From positions 38,998,001 through 39,062,000 of the forward strand of contig OX597829.1 of the NCBI GenBank assembly GCA_951406725.2: 64,000 bases of DNA, given 5' to 3'. This document shows, in pieces, positions 1-12,091 of the stretch. The notes below the pieces were generated by a model, which saw only the letters and a list, made by a program, of their open reading frames with translations, was not told the origin of the DNA and did no database searches. This stretch comes from Octopus vulgaris. Lineage: Eukaryota. Within the stretch, counting starts at the first letter, position 1; each line of letters starts with the position of its first letter. The position numbers and the translations under genes are program-made.

Positions 1-134
1 TGCAAAGATAAATAGATATGCTCTGGATAAGAATATTACTACCAATTGTTTAAAAATGAAGACTCTTAGAATGTACCAATGTTGGACAATGAACATATCA
101 TAAACCAGTGATTTATGATATGTGCATAATTTAA

Positions 135-1216
135 CCCTTTCATTACCAAACCGCCCAAAGCCGCCCGAAAAAAATTTTGGTTAATGTGACCAAACCGCCC
201 AAACCCACCCGAATTTACCTATTCATATTTAAATGAGAATATCAGAGCAAATCTCTTTAGTACATTCGTGAAAACACGTGATTATGCTTCGTAAACAGTT
301 CATCTACAGTTTTGTACAAAGATCGACGTGTAATTTTAATTCCCTGAATTTTGGGAGATTTTTTTCCACATTTTTTCGGGATCAATTTTTCTTCAACTTT
401 GAAAATAGATAGGAGTTTCATGTTATCAAGCATTGATTCCGAATTGGAAAATTTGTGAAACAAATACTGGGTACTGTTGTGGATTTAGTTTTTATACAGG
501 GAAACTAATGTTAGTCAGCATGGCTTAGGGTATGATGTGGTCTGGAAGTTATTGTTTGAAGCGATCAATGCGGAAACAAACTTACGCAGATTGTAAACAA
601 ACACAAAATGGGGTTCAAATTTCGGAAAATTTGTGAAGCAAATACTGGGTACTGCGTGGATTTATTTTTTATACAGGGAAAATAATGTTAGTCAGCATGG
701 CCTAGAGAACGATGTGGTCTGGAATTTATCACTTCCATACCATAACCAGGGCCGTATATTATTTTTTTATCGATTTCTTTAGTTCGGTCAAACTTACGGT
801 GGATTCCAATATTTCAGTTTATTCCACCTTTATGGTACACCTGTTGTGCATTAAATTCAACTGATGATATAGTGATGTGTACAATTCTTCTTTATCAAAA
901 TTTTGTTGCATACCCATTTGAATATTAGCAGATGATTCATTTTCTATGGTGATGTTTAAACAAAATTTTAATATTTTTACCTTTTGCTCAATTTACCTGG
1001 ATTTACCTGTAATTAAAGTCACTTTGAGACAAAAGTTATGCAATAGAATTGATTAAGAACCCTTTCTTTAATTATGTTCCAAATATCACATTAATATGTT
1101 GATAAGTAAAAAAGTTACAGTTATTTAATGAAACAAGCCTAGATTCATGATTATTTTAGAATTTAATTGAAACTCATGAGGGGTGTATTTTGGTCAGAAA
1201 TATAGTAACGAAAGGG
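135..1216. mobile_element. Non-autonomous piggyBac-type element (about 1.08 kb)
   Basis: TTAA|CCCTTTCATTAC ... GTAACGAAAGGG|TTAA gives TIRs plus a TTAA TSD; internal direct repeat of about 105 bp (about 447-552 and 624-729). Confidence 0.85.
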
Positions 1217-2000
1217 TTAATCAATGCTATTGTTGTTAATGAAGTGGGAATAATTATGGAAGTAGGATTTTATCAGTGACCGGAGTATAACAAAACCTTT
1301 TTGATACTTAGTTTAAATCTAGCTTGGACAATGTGCATATCTTAAATGGTGCACTACAGTGGATTATTTAATCACCTATCTCTATCTTTCTCTTATTCTT
1401 ATTCCTTTATTGCCCACAAGGGGCTAAACATAGAGGGGACAAACAACAACGGACAAACGGATTAAGTCAATTACATCGACGCTAGTGTTCAACTGGTACT
1501 TAATTTATCGACCCCGAAAGGATGAAAAGCAAAGTCGACGTCAGCAGAATTTGAACTCAGAACATAGCAGACGAAATGCCGCTAAGCATTTCGCCCAGCA
1601 TGCTATCGTTTCTGCCAACTCGCCTTTCTGTTATTCTTTAACCTCTCAACTGGCACAATGCTACCTACCTTAATACAACTACCTCTTCTCAGCTGAAGGG
1701 GTCTTTCACTGGCAAGCTACCAGGTGACACCACTGGTGCTGGTGCCATGTTAAAAGCTAGTACACTCCATGAGGTGGCTGGCAATAGGAAGAGTATCCTG
1801 CCATAGAAACTATACCAAAGCAGATAACAGGGCCTGCTACAGTTCTCTGGTTTGCCAGATTCTGTCAAACCATCCGACTCATGCCAGCATCGAAAACAGA
1901 CATTAAAAACTGACGATGATGAGCAGAAGAGCTGCATTGGTTCCCAGTTTACAGAAAGATCGAATCATTTTTTTTGACACTGTTGAAAAACTAATAGTAA

Positions 2001-2004
<4 letters not shown>

Positions 2005-2073
<69 letters not shown>
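2005..2073. repeat. Pure (GT)n microsatellite
   Basis: Read directly. Confidence 0.95.
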
Positions 2074-2074
<1 letters not shown>

Positions 2075-3817
2075 TCTAAAATGGCTCTTTCATAATGTAG
2101 CTGTTTCTGTTTCAATACACAGTCTCAGATCAAGAAATTTGTCACAAACAAGTCCAAAAATTGAGAGTGCTATACACAGAAGATTTATAATTTAAAGTAA
2201 TAAACAGACCACATCAGTGCTATCTACAAAATGTAATAAAAAAAAAAAAAAAGGCTAAGGGTGCCCACTACAAAACGAGCAGGAGAACAACTACAAATCA
2301 TGAGACAAGGAAAAGTGGAATATAAAGATAATTATTAAAATGTACACATACTATGAAGTTAAAAGTTTAGTTGGATAAAATGTGAAACGTAACTATTTAC
2401 TTACAGACTTCAACAGATGGAAATGAAAATAGATGACAGAGAAAAACTGAAGTGAAACTTTAAAAATGGTGAAATAATAATAAAAAAAAAAAGTTACATG
2501 TATACATAGAAAAGTAAAAAAAAAAAAATAAATGGAAAGAAAGAAACGATGAAATTTAAAAGATGATATGAAGGAGATGGATGTTTAAGAAAAAGAAAGA
2601 ACGATGACAAGAATGAAATGGAAAAGATGAAATATTGGAATTGATAAATGATATGAGAAAAAAAAGTTAAAAACAAAAAGAATTAAATATGACAAGAATG
2701 GAATGAAAACAAAAAGATAGATTAGTAAGATTAAAATATTTCATTTACATATTTGGCTTCAAAGATTCTTGATGTGAACTCATATGTTGAAACAAATTTT
2801 ATTGTATCTCAAGAGGCTCATTATGGTAATAATAAACACATGCACTGGTTCTATTTCACTGCTTATATCATTATTATTATTAATAGTTCACTAACATTTA
2901 ACCAATGAACTCTTTGGTTAATTGATCAATCACCTCAGTAGATAGACCCGAAGCAGAGAGGGTGTGTTATTGGTGAGATCAAGAATGGTGATGAAAAGAT
3001 GTTGGTGAACGTAATTGATTCACTAACTGATCAAATAATTAATCCAACAGTCAATTAATTAACCAATTGACTAATAATAATTCTTTCTAATTTCAAAACA
3101 AGGCCAGCAATTTTGAGGGAATGGAAAAGTCTATTATATCGTCCCTAAAACACAACTGGTACTTATTTTATCAACCCTGAAAGGATGAAAAGTAAAGTTG
3201 ACCTCAGGAACATTTGAACTCAGAATGTAAAGAACCAGAAGAAATTCCATAAAGTATTTTGTCCATTGTAGTAAATAAAAAAAAAAAAAACAAGCAGAAA
3301 GGGATCACAAGATGAATTCTTCAAGCCAAACCAATTAGCAGGAAACCTAGCAGCAGACTAATATCCACAGTCTCAGTTGATCACACTTGGTAATTCAGCC
3401 AGGTGTAACGATGGTTGCTTCTGGTTGGATCAAATGGTGGATGAACCAGAGGATTCTTCCCTTATGATCCTTCCAGGAATAGTGAGAAAAGAAGCTGAAT
3501 GGGTGGCTGGAAATAGATCCAGTGCATGTCATTATTTCTGGCATAATGATCCTCATGAGGTACAATAAGATGAAAACCTAAGACACCAAATTTTGAAGAA
3601 GTACAATACAGAAACAGATTATTACAAAATGAAAAGAGAAAACAAAACACAATTAAAAGCACAGAGGGGCCAACAACATTGACTGGAAGCAGACACACAT
3701 TGGTAAATGCAATGGAAGCACATCGAATATAGAATGTTTTGTTCTGTAAAATTTATATACTGAAATTCTATTTATTAACATTACTGAACTCCTATGTGCA
3801 TATATATATATATATAA

Positions 3818-4302
3818 AATCAAAATAAGCAACAAGGATATCCAAAGGTAGTGTAGTGCAATCGTTACATGCTACTTCATTTAATTAAACAATGTAAGTA
3901 TTACATCAGTTTTAAAATGTAGAGCAATCTTCAGCCACATATAGAATTTTTTAATTAAATTGACAATATTCATTTTTATACTTATTCCATTTGCCAACAT
4001 TTCAAAGAGGGTAGGTATATTGAAATGTTGGCAAATGGAATAAGTATAAAAATGAACATTGTCAATTTAATTTAAAAAATTCCATATGTGACTGAAGAGT
4101 GCTCTACATTTTAAAACTGATGTAATACTTACATTGTTTAATTAAATGAAGTAGCATGAAACAATTGTACTACACTACCTTTGGATATCCTTGTTGCTTA
4201 TTTTGATTATAATCACCCCTTTTGATTTATATGGATAATACCATACCAAATTCTGGTGCCTTTAACTTAAGTACCATATTCATCTGAATCTAAATTTTTG
4301 CT
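3818..4302 (+). mobile_element. Penelope-like inverted pseudo-LTR fold-back, family H1, carrying hammerhead motifs
   Basis: Arms about 3818-4005 and 4020-4208 with a 14-nt loop, a one-sided tail to 4302, flanked by (TA)n; same family as 33645-34030. Confidence 0.7.
4087..4174 (+). ncRNA. Type I minimal hammerhead ribozyme motif (family H1)
   Basis: tgtga-CTGAAGA-gtgct...agcat-GAAA-caattg-TA-ctaca; palindromic stem III; one mismatch in stem I. Confidence 0.65.
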
Positions 4303-4734
4303 ATATATATATATATATATATATACATACACACACACACACACACAGGGTGGCAATAAAGTCACTATACAGTTACTTATAACTAATTGTTTTTGTATGT
4401 AAATGTAAATGTATAGTGACTGTACTGTCACCCTGAATGTATGTATGTAAAGAGATGTAATTAAGTGGTCAGGGTGTGTACTCATTATTGCAAGATCAAG
4501 GCTTCAATTCCAAGATCAACTTATGTGTTGTGTTTCTTGAGCAAAAACACTTCATTTCATGTGACTGCAGTTCATTCAGCTGTCAACGGGTAACCCTGCA
4601 ATGGATTGGCATTCCATTCAGGGGAAATGCTGGCCTACCTACCTAGCCAGCAGGATGACACCATTTGAAAAGTACAACAATATGAGGAAGCACATTGTGT
4701 CTAGTGGTGTATAGCATCCGATAGCTTGGTCAAT

Positions 4735-4768
<34 letters not shown>

Positions 4769-5020
4769 CTGTAAAATAATATGACAATTATTCGGTAGCC
4801 AAGATAAAACTCTGAGTTTCGGATGCCGAGGTGGAAATACACACCACCATCTTTTCAGTTATCTGGCCATCTGAAAAACGCTATGAAAAAAGACCGTTAT
4901 ACAAAGGGAAATTTTATCTTGGCTACCGAATAATTGTCACATTATTTTACAGATAAATTCCTCTATTTACATAATATTGAGGTCTCTTTCTTTCTTTTGT
5001 TATCTTGCTGTTTTTACCAA
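4769..5020. mobile_element. Short Penelope-like inverted-repeat element, family H2; internally deleted second copy at about 5849-6047
   Basis: Inverted repeats of about 40 bp (ctgtaaaataatatgacaattattcggtagccaagataaaa and its reverse complement), (TA)n flanks, hammerhead-like motif on the minus strand. Confidence 0.6.
4803..4863 (-). ncRNA. Hammerhead-like motif with one core substitution (family H2)
   Basis: Minus strand reads gataa-CTGAAAA-gatg...catcc-GAAA-ctcagag-TT-ttatc with a perfect 5-bp stem I; the copy at about 5885-5937 shows AAGA at the core position. Confidence 0.5.
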
Positions 5021-5039
5021 TATATATATATATATATAA

Positions 5040-5355
5040 TGTGGGGAAGTCAAAAGTTATGCACACTTTAGGCATAACATATCTATTATTGTCACACTGC
5101 CTTCTGTACATGCGTGCTTATAGTTGGTATCATTGTGGTTATGTGATCGAAGTTTGAGCCTGATCACGACATTTTTTTGTTCTGGCTTTACAGTGTAAAC
5201 ATGGCCACTCCACTAGCAATGTGCACCAAAGAAGAACAGAGAACAGTGATCTGATTTCTCTGGTCGGAAGGTGTGTCAGGTGCTGAAATTCATCAGAGGC
5301 TTTTAGCACAATAAAGAGACAGTACACTACCATGTAGAAGGGTGTATGAGTGTGT
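5040..5355 (+). mobile_element. mariner transposon remnant (left end plus disrupted transposase N-terminus)
   Basis: From the ATG at 5201: MATPLAMCTKEEQRTVI*FLWSEGVSGAEIHQRLLAQ*RDSTLPCRRVYE, typical of a mariner HTH start, with stops. Confidence 0.75.
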
Positions 5356-5356
5356 A

Positions 5357-5392
<36 letters not shown>

Positions 5393-5794
5393 TGTTTTCA
5401 ATTCCTAGGCTAGTTGGTACACAGTTGAATCTATTCACTGCTGTACTATTCTGACTTAGCATGTTGGGATACTAGAGTCGGGACACATGATGTATAAAAA
5501 ATGGAACTGAGTGTGCGCGTGTTTGCTTTATGTCCTTGGTATGTATTTCAGTTTCATAATTATGCATTTATTCCCAGCAACCTTACTAATGAACTACAGA
5601 TAGCAGATTGATTAATCAAGTCATTAATAGCGACACTGACGAGTACATAGTTTACTGAATTTTTATTCATTCTAGTGCCTATATGCAGTGTGCCTAAGTA
5701 AATTTTTTCATGGTTTGGGTTGTGATTGCTCTTTCTAGCATTAAGAAGTCCTATCAATGTCTACTCTTCGTGTATTTATATACTCAGATAAACA

Positions 5795-5851
<57 letters not shown>

Positions 5852-6765
5852 AAATATAATATGTGACAATTATTTGATAGCCAAGATAAAACTCTGAGTT
5901 TCGGATGCTGAGGTGGAAATCCACACCACCATCTCTTGGCTTTTATCTTGGCTACCGAATAATTGTCACATATTATATTTACAGATAAATTCCTCTATTT
6001 ACATAATATTGAGGTCTCTTTCTTTTGTTATCTTACCGTTTTTACCTATATATATATATATATAATCACCGTTTTTTAATGCCTAGTTTTCAGTACTTGT
6101 ATGGTTCAGACAAGAATATGATTGAGCAAAGTTTTCTACAGCCAGAAACTCTTTATGTTGATGCCAATCCCCACTTGTTTGCAAGTGAGGTAATAATCTG
6201 TGAGTCTATCAAACAACGAGTAGCCCTGACATGTTTATGCAGAGAACTGGAAACAAACAATGTTGTATGAATAAGTCTTTTGTTTACAAAGATCATGTAA
6301 CATGTCAAGAAAATCATAGGCTAACTCAAGTCATTCGATAGCCCGGTCTGACCATTGATTCTCAAAGTCAAAAGAAAATATGTAGTAGGACTTTTAATTC
6401 TCCAAAACAAAACTGAGCTGGCATGAACTCGGGGTTTAATTATACTAGCCTTCAAGAACATCTCATTATGCCCCATTCACAATTAAAATGATTTCATTAA
6501 CAATTCTATTTTTTTTTATTCATTATCAACCCATTTTTTTGTTTTTTTTATTTATTCATTCTAACTTCCATTTAAACAAAAATCTTTCAGATTGAAACAT
6601 TGAGATATTAAAAATATTTTTCATACTTATTCTTTTGCTGTTACCGAACTGACTAAATTTCCTATATGATAACGCTTCTGTATAGGTTATGTTGATTTTA
6701 AAACCTACTAAATTCTCGCTATGTATTGTGTTTTCTTTTTGTTTTTTTGATTTCAGTGAATATAC

Positions 6766-7004
6766 CTTAACAATAACCTCATGGGGTTGCAGTGTAGGGG
6801 AGGCATTCTGGGTGAGGAGCACCTGCAACGATGTTGAAGAACGTGTTCGTGGCAGACCAGCTGCTGTGGCATGAAGTTTGCTAGGATCGGCATCGACAGA
6901 AGACTGCGTCTCAGGAAGGGATTTTTTCCGTCGCATCTTGGGGCTGTGGTTTGGTGCCATCAGACACTTATGTTCAGGAGGTGGACTTGTTCTGCTGTTT
7001 CTAC
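6766..7004 (-). CDS. PDZD8: PDZD8 exon 12/12: S/P-rich linker (GRNSRTSPPPEHKCLMAPNHSPKMRRKKSLP...EVIVK)
   Basis: ttttacag| acceptor, phase 1 entry, open frame (ORF 6556..6960). The AAG|gtatat donor is the best guess. Downstream exons were not found in the window. Confidence 0.78.
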
Positions 7005-8168
7005 CTGTAAAATATAAATTTTTTAAATGTATAAGTTTTATTAAAGATGCTTATTTTTTTTTTTTTTTTTCAGATTATTATCTTTATAATTAGAATGTAT
7101 ACTGCAACAAATCTCCTTTTTTACTTCTGTATTCTACAGATAACACTGTATCAAAATTTTAATTCTTTCCTTTTTTTATATTTGGTCAGAGAATGTAATT
7201 TTCTCTTTGCTTCTCATATCTAGAAATCAAAAGAAATGACTGCTATTCCCTTCAAACCTTACTTTCGTGACCTAGACATCAATGTTTTGAAACTGACCTA
7301 TTTTCCATTACATTTCAAACAGATTCAGAACCAAGTTGCTGAGCAGAAATATCGTTATAGAAGATATTTTGCTCAATACCACAGATTTGTTTGTCAGTTG
7401 CTTGACCTTAACTATTTGAGCATGTCCCTTAGAGGTTGACAATATGTGCATCTCTGATCATGAGCAGGAATATTGGGGGAACATCATAGCCATGTGTTGA
7501 GGTGGATTCTTTGGAGTTTGAATAAATGTAACAAAAGCAAAGTTTGAAGGAAATATTAACCATTTTTCATACTTTCTCAGGGTTAGCAAATAGGAAATAA
7601 CACTTGTTACCCAAGGACAAAAATCATGTTACACAGTGTAAGCAATCCTATATTTTTTAATCATTTTCTCATTCCATACATAAATTGGTGTGGTTGTTCC
7701 TGTTTTCACATTTTGGGGAGGTGGGGGTTTGCTTCAGAATCACATCCGTTTACAAGTTCTTCTTAAGAATCTCTACGTTTGTAACAAGACCCCAGAGTGT
7801 CAACAAATCTGTGATTATTTTGCAGACTGTCTTTCTTGTTGTGGTGTGACTATAAGCTATGGATGCTCTAATATTCAGAGTCATAAAACGAAATCATTTT
7901 CATTCCTCGATACTTCTCTCACCAGCAACTAAAACTATTATTTACTTCTCCAAATTATCTTCCCTTTCCTCCTTATTTTGAAATCTCTACTAGTGAGATG
8001 TTGTCTTCAATTCAGTGTTAAAAGATGATGGTTTAAATATTTCTGTTCATGGATTCAGTTTCTGATATGTGACATTTACATTAACCAAGGATGATAACTG
8101 GGTAGATATGATAAACAATTTATGAGAATAGAAGATTAGAAAGCAATGAAGAATGCCATCATCAACAG

Positions 8169-8835
8169 CAGCGGTTCTCAAATGGGATCCATATGGACCC
8201 GGACCCTGGTGGTTCATATAAGATTTTGTTGGGGTCTACAGATGTAAAATAGTAAATTGGGGGCCCACAGTAATTTTTCAGGGGTCATGAAAAGCTTGTG
8301 CTTCAGACCAGTAAAGTTTATCTGCAATAAATTGGTTGTGCATCTACAAAATACAAACTGTTTTAACAATTTTTTTTATTCTGTTGTGTCTGGGGAGAGT
8401 CATTTTCTTTTTGTGCCTTATTATGTAACACTCACCGGTAAAATTTCCACTTATTATTTTTATTTTCCTAAAATTTTCGTTGCATCTTGCAACCTTTTCA
8501 ATACTTATTGAAAAGTTTGCAAGATGCAACGAAAATTTTAGGAAAATAAAAATAAGAAAAACGTGGAAATTTTACCGGTGAGTGTTACATAATAAGGCAC
8601 AAAAAGAAAATGACTCTCCCCAGACACAACAGAATATGCTTCAACACACGAACTCATATAAAGAATCTTGCAAACCAAATCTAAAAATGAAATTTTTTTT
8701 TTTATACCATTCCTAATAATATTTGATTATAAAAATGTAATAGGATCTTTTAAACATCAACTGGCTATGGGGGTCCACCCAAGTAAAATAGGAATTAAAT
8801 GAGTCCATAAGTAAAAAATGGTTTGAGAACCCCTG
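8169..8835. mobile_element. hAT-type MITE interrupted by a fold-back element; related copy at about 48482-48710
   Basis: TIRs cagcggttctcaaa and tttgagaacccctg; 8-bp flanks atcaacag and acctacag match at 6/8 (decayed TSD). Confidence 0.75.
8377..8695. repeat. Fold-back element (family H5), arms of about 128 bp centred at 8504-8505; one-arm fragment at about 36445-36565
   Basis: Near-perfect inverted repeat 8377-8636 plus a one-sided tail. Confidence 0.8.
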
Positions 8836-9616
8836 ACCTACAGCATATAATGGCATGAGTTGTTGGAAATGACAACAAATAGGTTATTTGTATCTTAAAG
8901 ATATGATACATGTTGAATTATGCATTTATGTTCAGTGTTAAATCCATGGCCTTCAATAGACAAACCCCATGCAAAGTAGAAGATAAAGTGTTGCAACAGA
9001 AGAATGAAGAGACGTAAATTCTGTGTTTCAGAAATGCAAAGTGTACTGCAAAGAGATCTAGGATTCCTTGGAACTGTTTGAAGCTATTTGGTTAATTCCT
9101 GGATTTTAAATATGGTAGTCCAATACACCCAAGGAACATCTTCAGGTACCAAAATGGGTAAATAATAATAACAGCAATAACACAAGTAAATAAATAAATA
9201 AATAAATAAATGGTAAATTGGGTGCAATATGAAGGAGTGTCTATGCAGTCACTCAACCTGCTAAAAGTAGCTGCAATATCTCCCTCAAATCAGACCCTTA
9301 AATCTTAAAAAGGAAATAACATGTTGGAAAAAGTAGCTGTGAACACACTAAAAAATGAGATATTCACAACTAGAATGCATTTGATCATAAGGTCTAGTGG
9401 ATCAAGGCTGACCAGGGGTTAAAGAACAATAATAATTAATCTTCACTAGTTGCAAATTTCCAACACAGCAGTGTTGCAAATTAACAACTCTGTCAAAGTA
9501 ATTAAGCAACTTTTTTTTTAAATATAATTTTTTTTAATTTACATTTATCATTAAAAAAATTATATATTAAAGGAGAAATAAATAATTCCATTTTTTAAAA
9601 CTAAAATGAAAATTAC

Positions 9617-9789
9617 CCAGATTTTTCTTTCCAGTTGGTGCAGAATCTTTTCGGAATTTACTAAGTAAACCACCAGTTCTTGATGGAATGTCTTTTTCCT
9701 CTTGGACTTTATTTTTCTGATTCTCAGATTGCTGTGTTGTCATTGGTTTCCAGGGTTCATCAGGAATGGCTCTGTTTCTTGGCCCCTCT
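9617..9789 (-). CDS. PDZD8: PDZD8 exon 11/12: post-C1 linker (EGPRNRAIPDEPWKPMTTQQSENQK...GKKNL)
   Basis: tttcattcag| acceptor, |gtaatt donor; 173 nt, phase 2 to 1, open frame. Confidence 0.85.
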
Positions 9790-9814
9790 CTGAATGAAAC
9801 AAAATATATGAATA

Positions 9815-9849
<35 letters not shown>

Positions 9850-10057
9850 AATATTAGGGAATAAATCCAAACTTACAGGGAAAAATCAGATTTAGGATTG
9901 AATCCAATTTTATAGTAAAATATTATATTATATTAAATTAGAGACAAAACCACTATTAGGCAAATCATACAATGAAAAACTTAAGCCAATACATAAGATT
10001 ATTTAATTTATATTATTTAAATATATAACAAAATTATTAAAAAATATAATTAATATA

Positions 10058-10123
10058 ACACTACGATTGTTTCATGGCTGTTAATTTCTTTAAATTTTCG
10101 AGTTACAGTCATTCATCAGGTGG
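10058..10123 (-). ncRNA. Type I minimal hammerhead ribozyme, mirror copy on the PDZD8 sense strand
   Basis: Minus strand reads cac-CTGATGA-atgactgt...acagccat-GAAA-caatcg-TA-gtg. Confidence 0.72.
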
Positions 10124-10162
10124 TTTGGCGAGGTTTAAACCTTGCCAAGATAAATATTTAAA

Positions 10163-10228
10163 CCACCTGATGAATGACTGTAACTCGAAAATTTAAAGAA
10201 ATTAACAGCCATGAAACGATCGTAGTGA
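10163..10228 (+). ncRNA. Type I minimal hammerhead ribozyme, intact core (family H3)
   Basis: cac-CTGATGA-atgactgt...acagccat-GAAA-cgatcg-TA-gtg; palindromic stem III CGATCG and a GUA cleavage triplet. Confidence 0.78.
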
Positions 10229-11996
10229 TATATTAATTATATTTTTTGATAATTTTGTTATATATTTAAATAATATAAATTAAATAATCTTATGTATTGG
10301 CTTAAGTTTTTCATTGTATGATTTGCCTAATAGTGGTTTTGTCTCTAATTTAATATAATATATATATATATATATATATATAGGCATAGGAGTGGCTGTG
10401 TGGTAAATAGCTTGCTTACCAACCACATGGTTCCAGGTTCAGTCCCACTGTGTGTCACCTTAGGCGAGTGTCTTCTACTATAGCCTTGGGCCAACCAAAG
10501 TCTTGTGAGTGGATTTGGTAGATGGGACTGAAAGAAGCCTGTCATATTTATGTGTGTGTGTGTGTGTGTCTGTCTGTCTGTCTGTGTCTCCCCGCAATTG
10601 CTTGACAACCGATGCTGGTGCGTTTGCGTCCCTATAACTTAGTGGTTCGGCAAAAGGGACCAATTGAATAAGTACTAGGCTTACAAAGAATAAGTCCTGG
10701 GGTCAGTTTGTTCGAGTAAAGGTGGTGCACTAGCATGCCACAGTCAAATGACTGAAACAAGTAAAAGGAATTTTAAAAAATATATATAAATATATATATA
10801 TATATATAATCATCATTTAACATCCATTTCTCATGCTGGATGTTTGGCAGAAGCTGGCAAGGTAGAGGATTGTGCCAAGCTTTGTCTACTCTGTGTGTGT
10901 GTGTGTGTGTTTACTTCCAATTTTCAATGTTAACAAGGATTAGAGAAATATATTATTGAAGCAGTGTTTCACAGCAGGGACCCCGTCATTAACCTTGATC
11001 TGTTTATCAAATAAAGGATTTCTTCTTCCTCACATTTTTGAAAGCACAAACCCAGTGAATGGTTAGTTGAGAGGGGAAATGACATTATCATTGTCACTGC
11101 TTGTAAACTCAGCAATTTTTGAAGAACCATAAATGTAAACAAAAACACAGATACATATATGCACATGTGATAAGCTTCTTTTAGCTTTTATCTATGAAAT
11201 TATAGTACATGATTCATTCTCAAGGATTTGGTGTGTTGAGGGCTTAAGTAGAAGAGACTTACCCTTGGTACTTCTGCACAGCAGAATTGAAAGTGAAAAC
11301 ATATGACTAGGAAACAATCTTAACTACACAGCCAAATATACTGAACATGGCTGGATTATACATGTTAAAGGGGCAAGAAAGGGATGGAGAACTGTGTAGA
11401 TTTTTTTTTCTTTCAGAAATTTGGAAGTCACGGTTAAGTGACAAGAAACAGTGGTAAGAATCCTTCAAAAAGGCCAAACTTATCAGTTTGATTTTGAATA
11501 CAATTCGGTTGTAAGCTCTATGATTTAAACACAGGAAAGCGTTTTACAGGCTGACTAAATTATATGTTTATCAAACATGTGGTATATGACTGATTCAATT
11601 GTTTTTGCATAGGTTTTTAGGTTTTTCTCATTTTGTTTTTAGAATTGGTGAAGTACCAGACAAAATTTAATTTGTTCCACCTCCTTAAGATTTGATTTCG
11701 AATCTTGTTGTGGTATATTCTGCCCTTTGTTCTTCCAAGGATTAGTAAAATAAGTTTCAGTGACATACTAATGTCAGTATTTTGCCATTTAATAAATTAA
11801 CAGTACATAATCTCTAAATTTCTATTATTTTGCCTTTTTTTTTTTTCTTCAAGTATGGTTTTCATTTCCAGGTGTTGTTATTAAGTTAGGCATGCCCTGG
11901 ACCAGAAATTACCAAAAATCTAGCCAGGTTATCTAAGCTGTTGATTTAATTTCTTTCAAAATTATTATTGTGTAAAACATTAAAATGTTTACCTAC

Positions 11997-12091
11997 CGTG
12001 TGCACAATGTTTTCTCTTGGCACTTGTCTGTACATTTCTTGTGTACAATCATTCCACAAACATTACATTTAAACCCTCTTCCCATCCATAT
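11997..12091 (-). CDS. PDZD8: PDZD8 exon 10/12: second half of C1 zinc finger (IWMGRGFKCNVCGMIVHKKCTDKCQEKTLCTR)
   Basis: ttttgcag| acceptor, |gtaggt donor; 95 nt, phase 0 to 2; CxxC-x4-H-x2-C C1 signature. Confidence 0.93.

Larger units (their letters stand above)
9847..10362. mobile_element. Penelope-like inverted pseudo-LTR fold-back, family H3, with two hammerhead motifs; tail fragment also at about 43615-43695
   Basis: Near-identical arms about 9924-10126 and 10160-10362, a one-sided tail 9847-9923, and (TA)n on both sides. Confidence 0.75.

Noticed and set aside
2935-3030. Possible downstream PDZD8 coiled-coil exon
   Set aside because: The phase-0 frame from the nearest acceptor hits a stop and shows no resemblance to the expected domain; the remaining exons probably lie beyond position 1.
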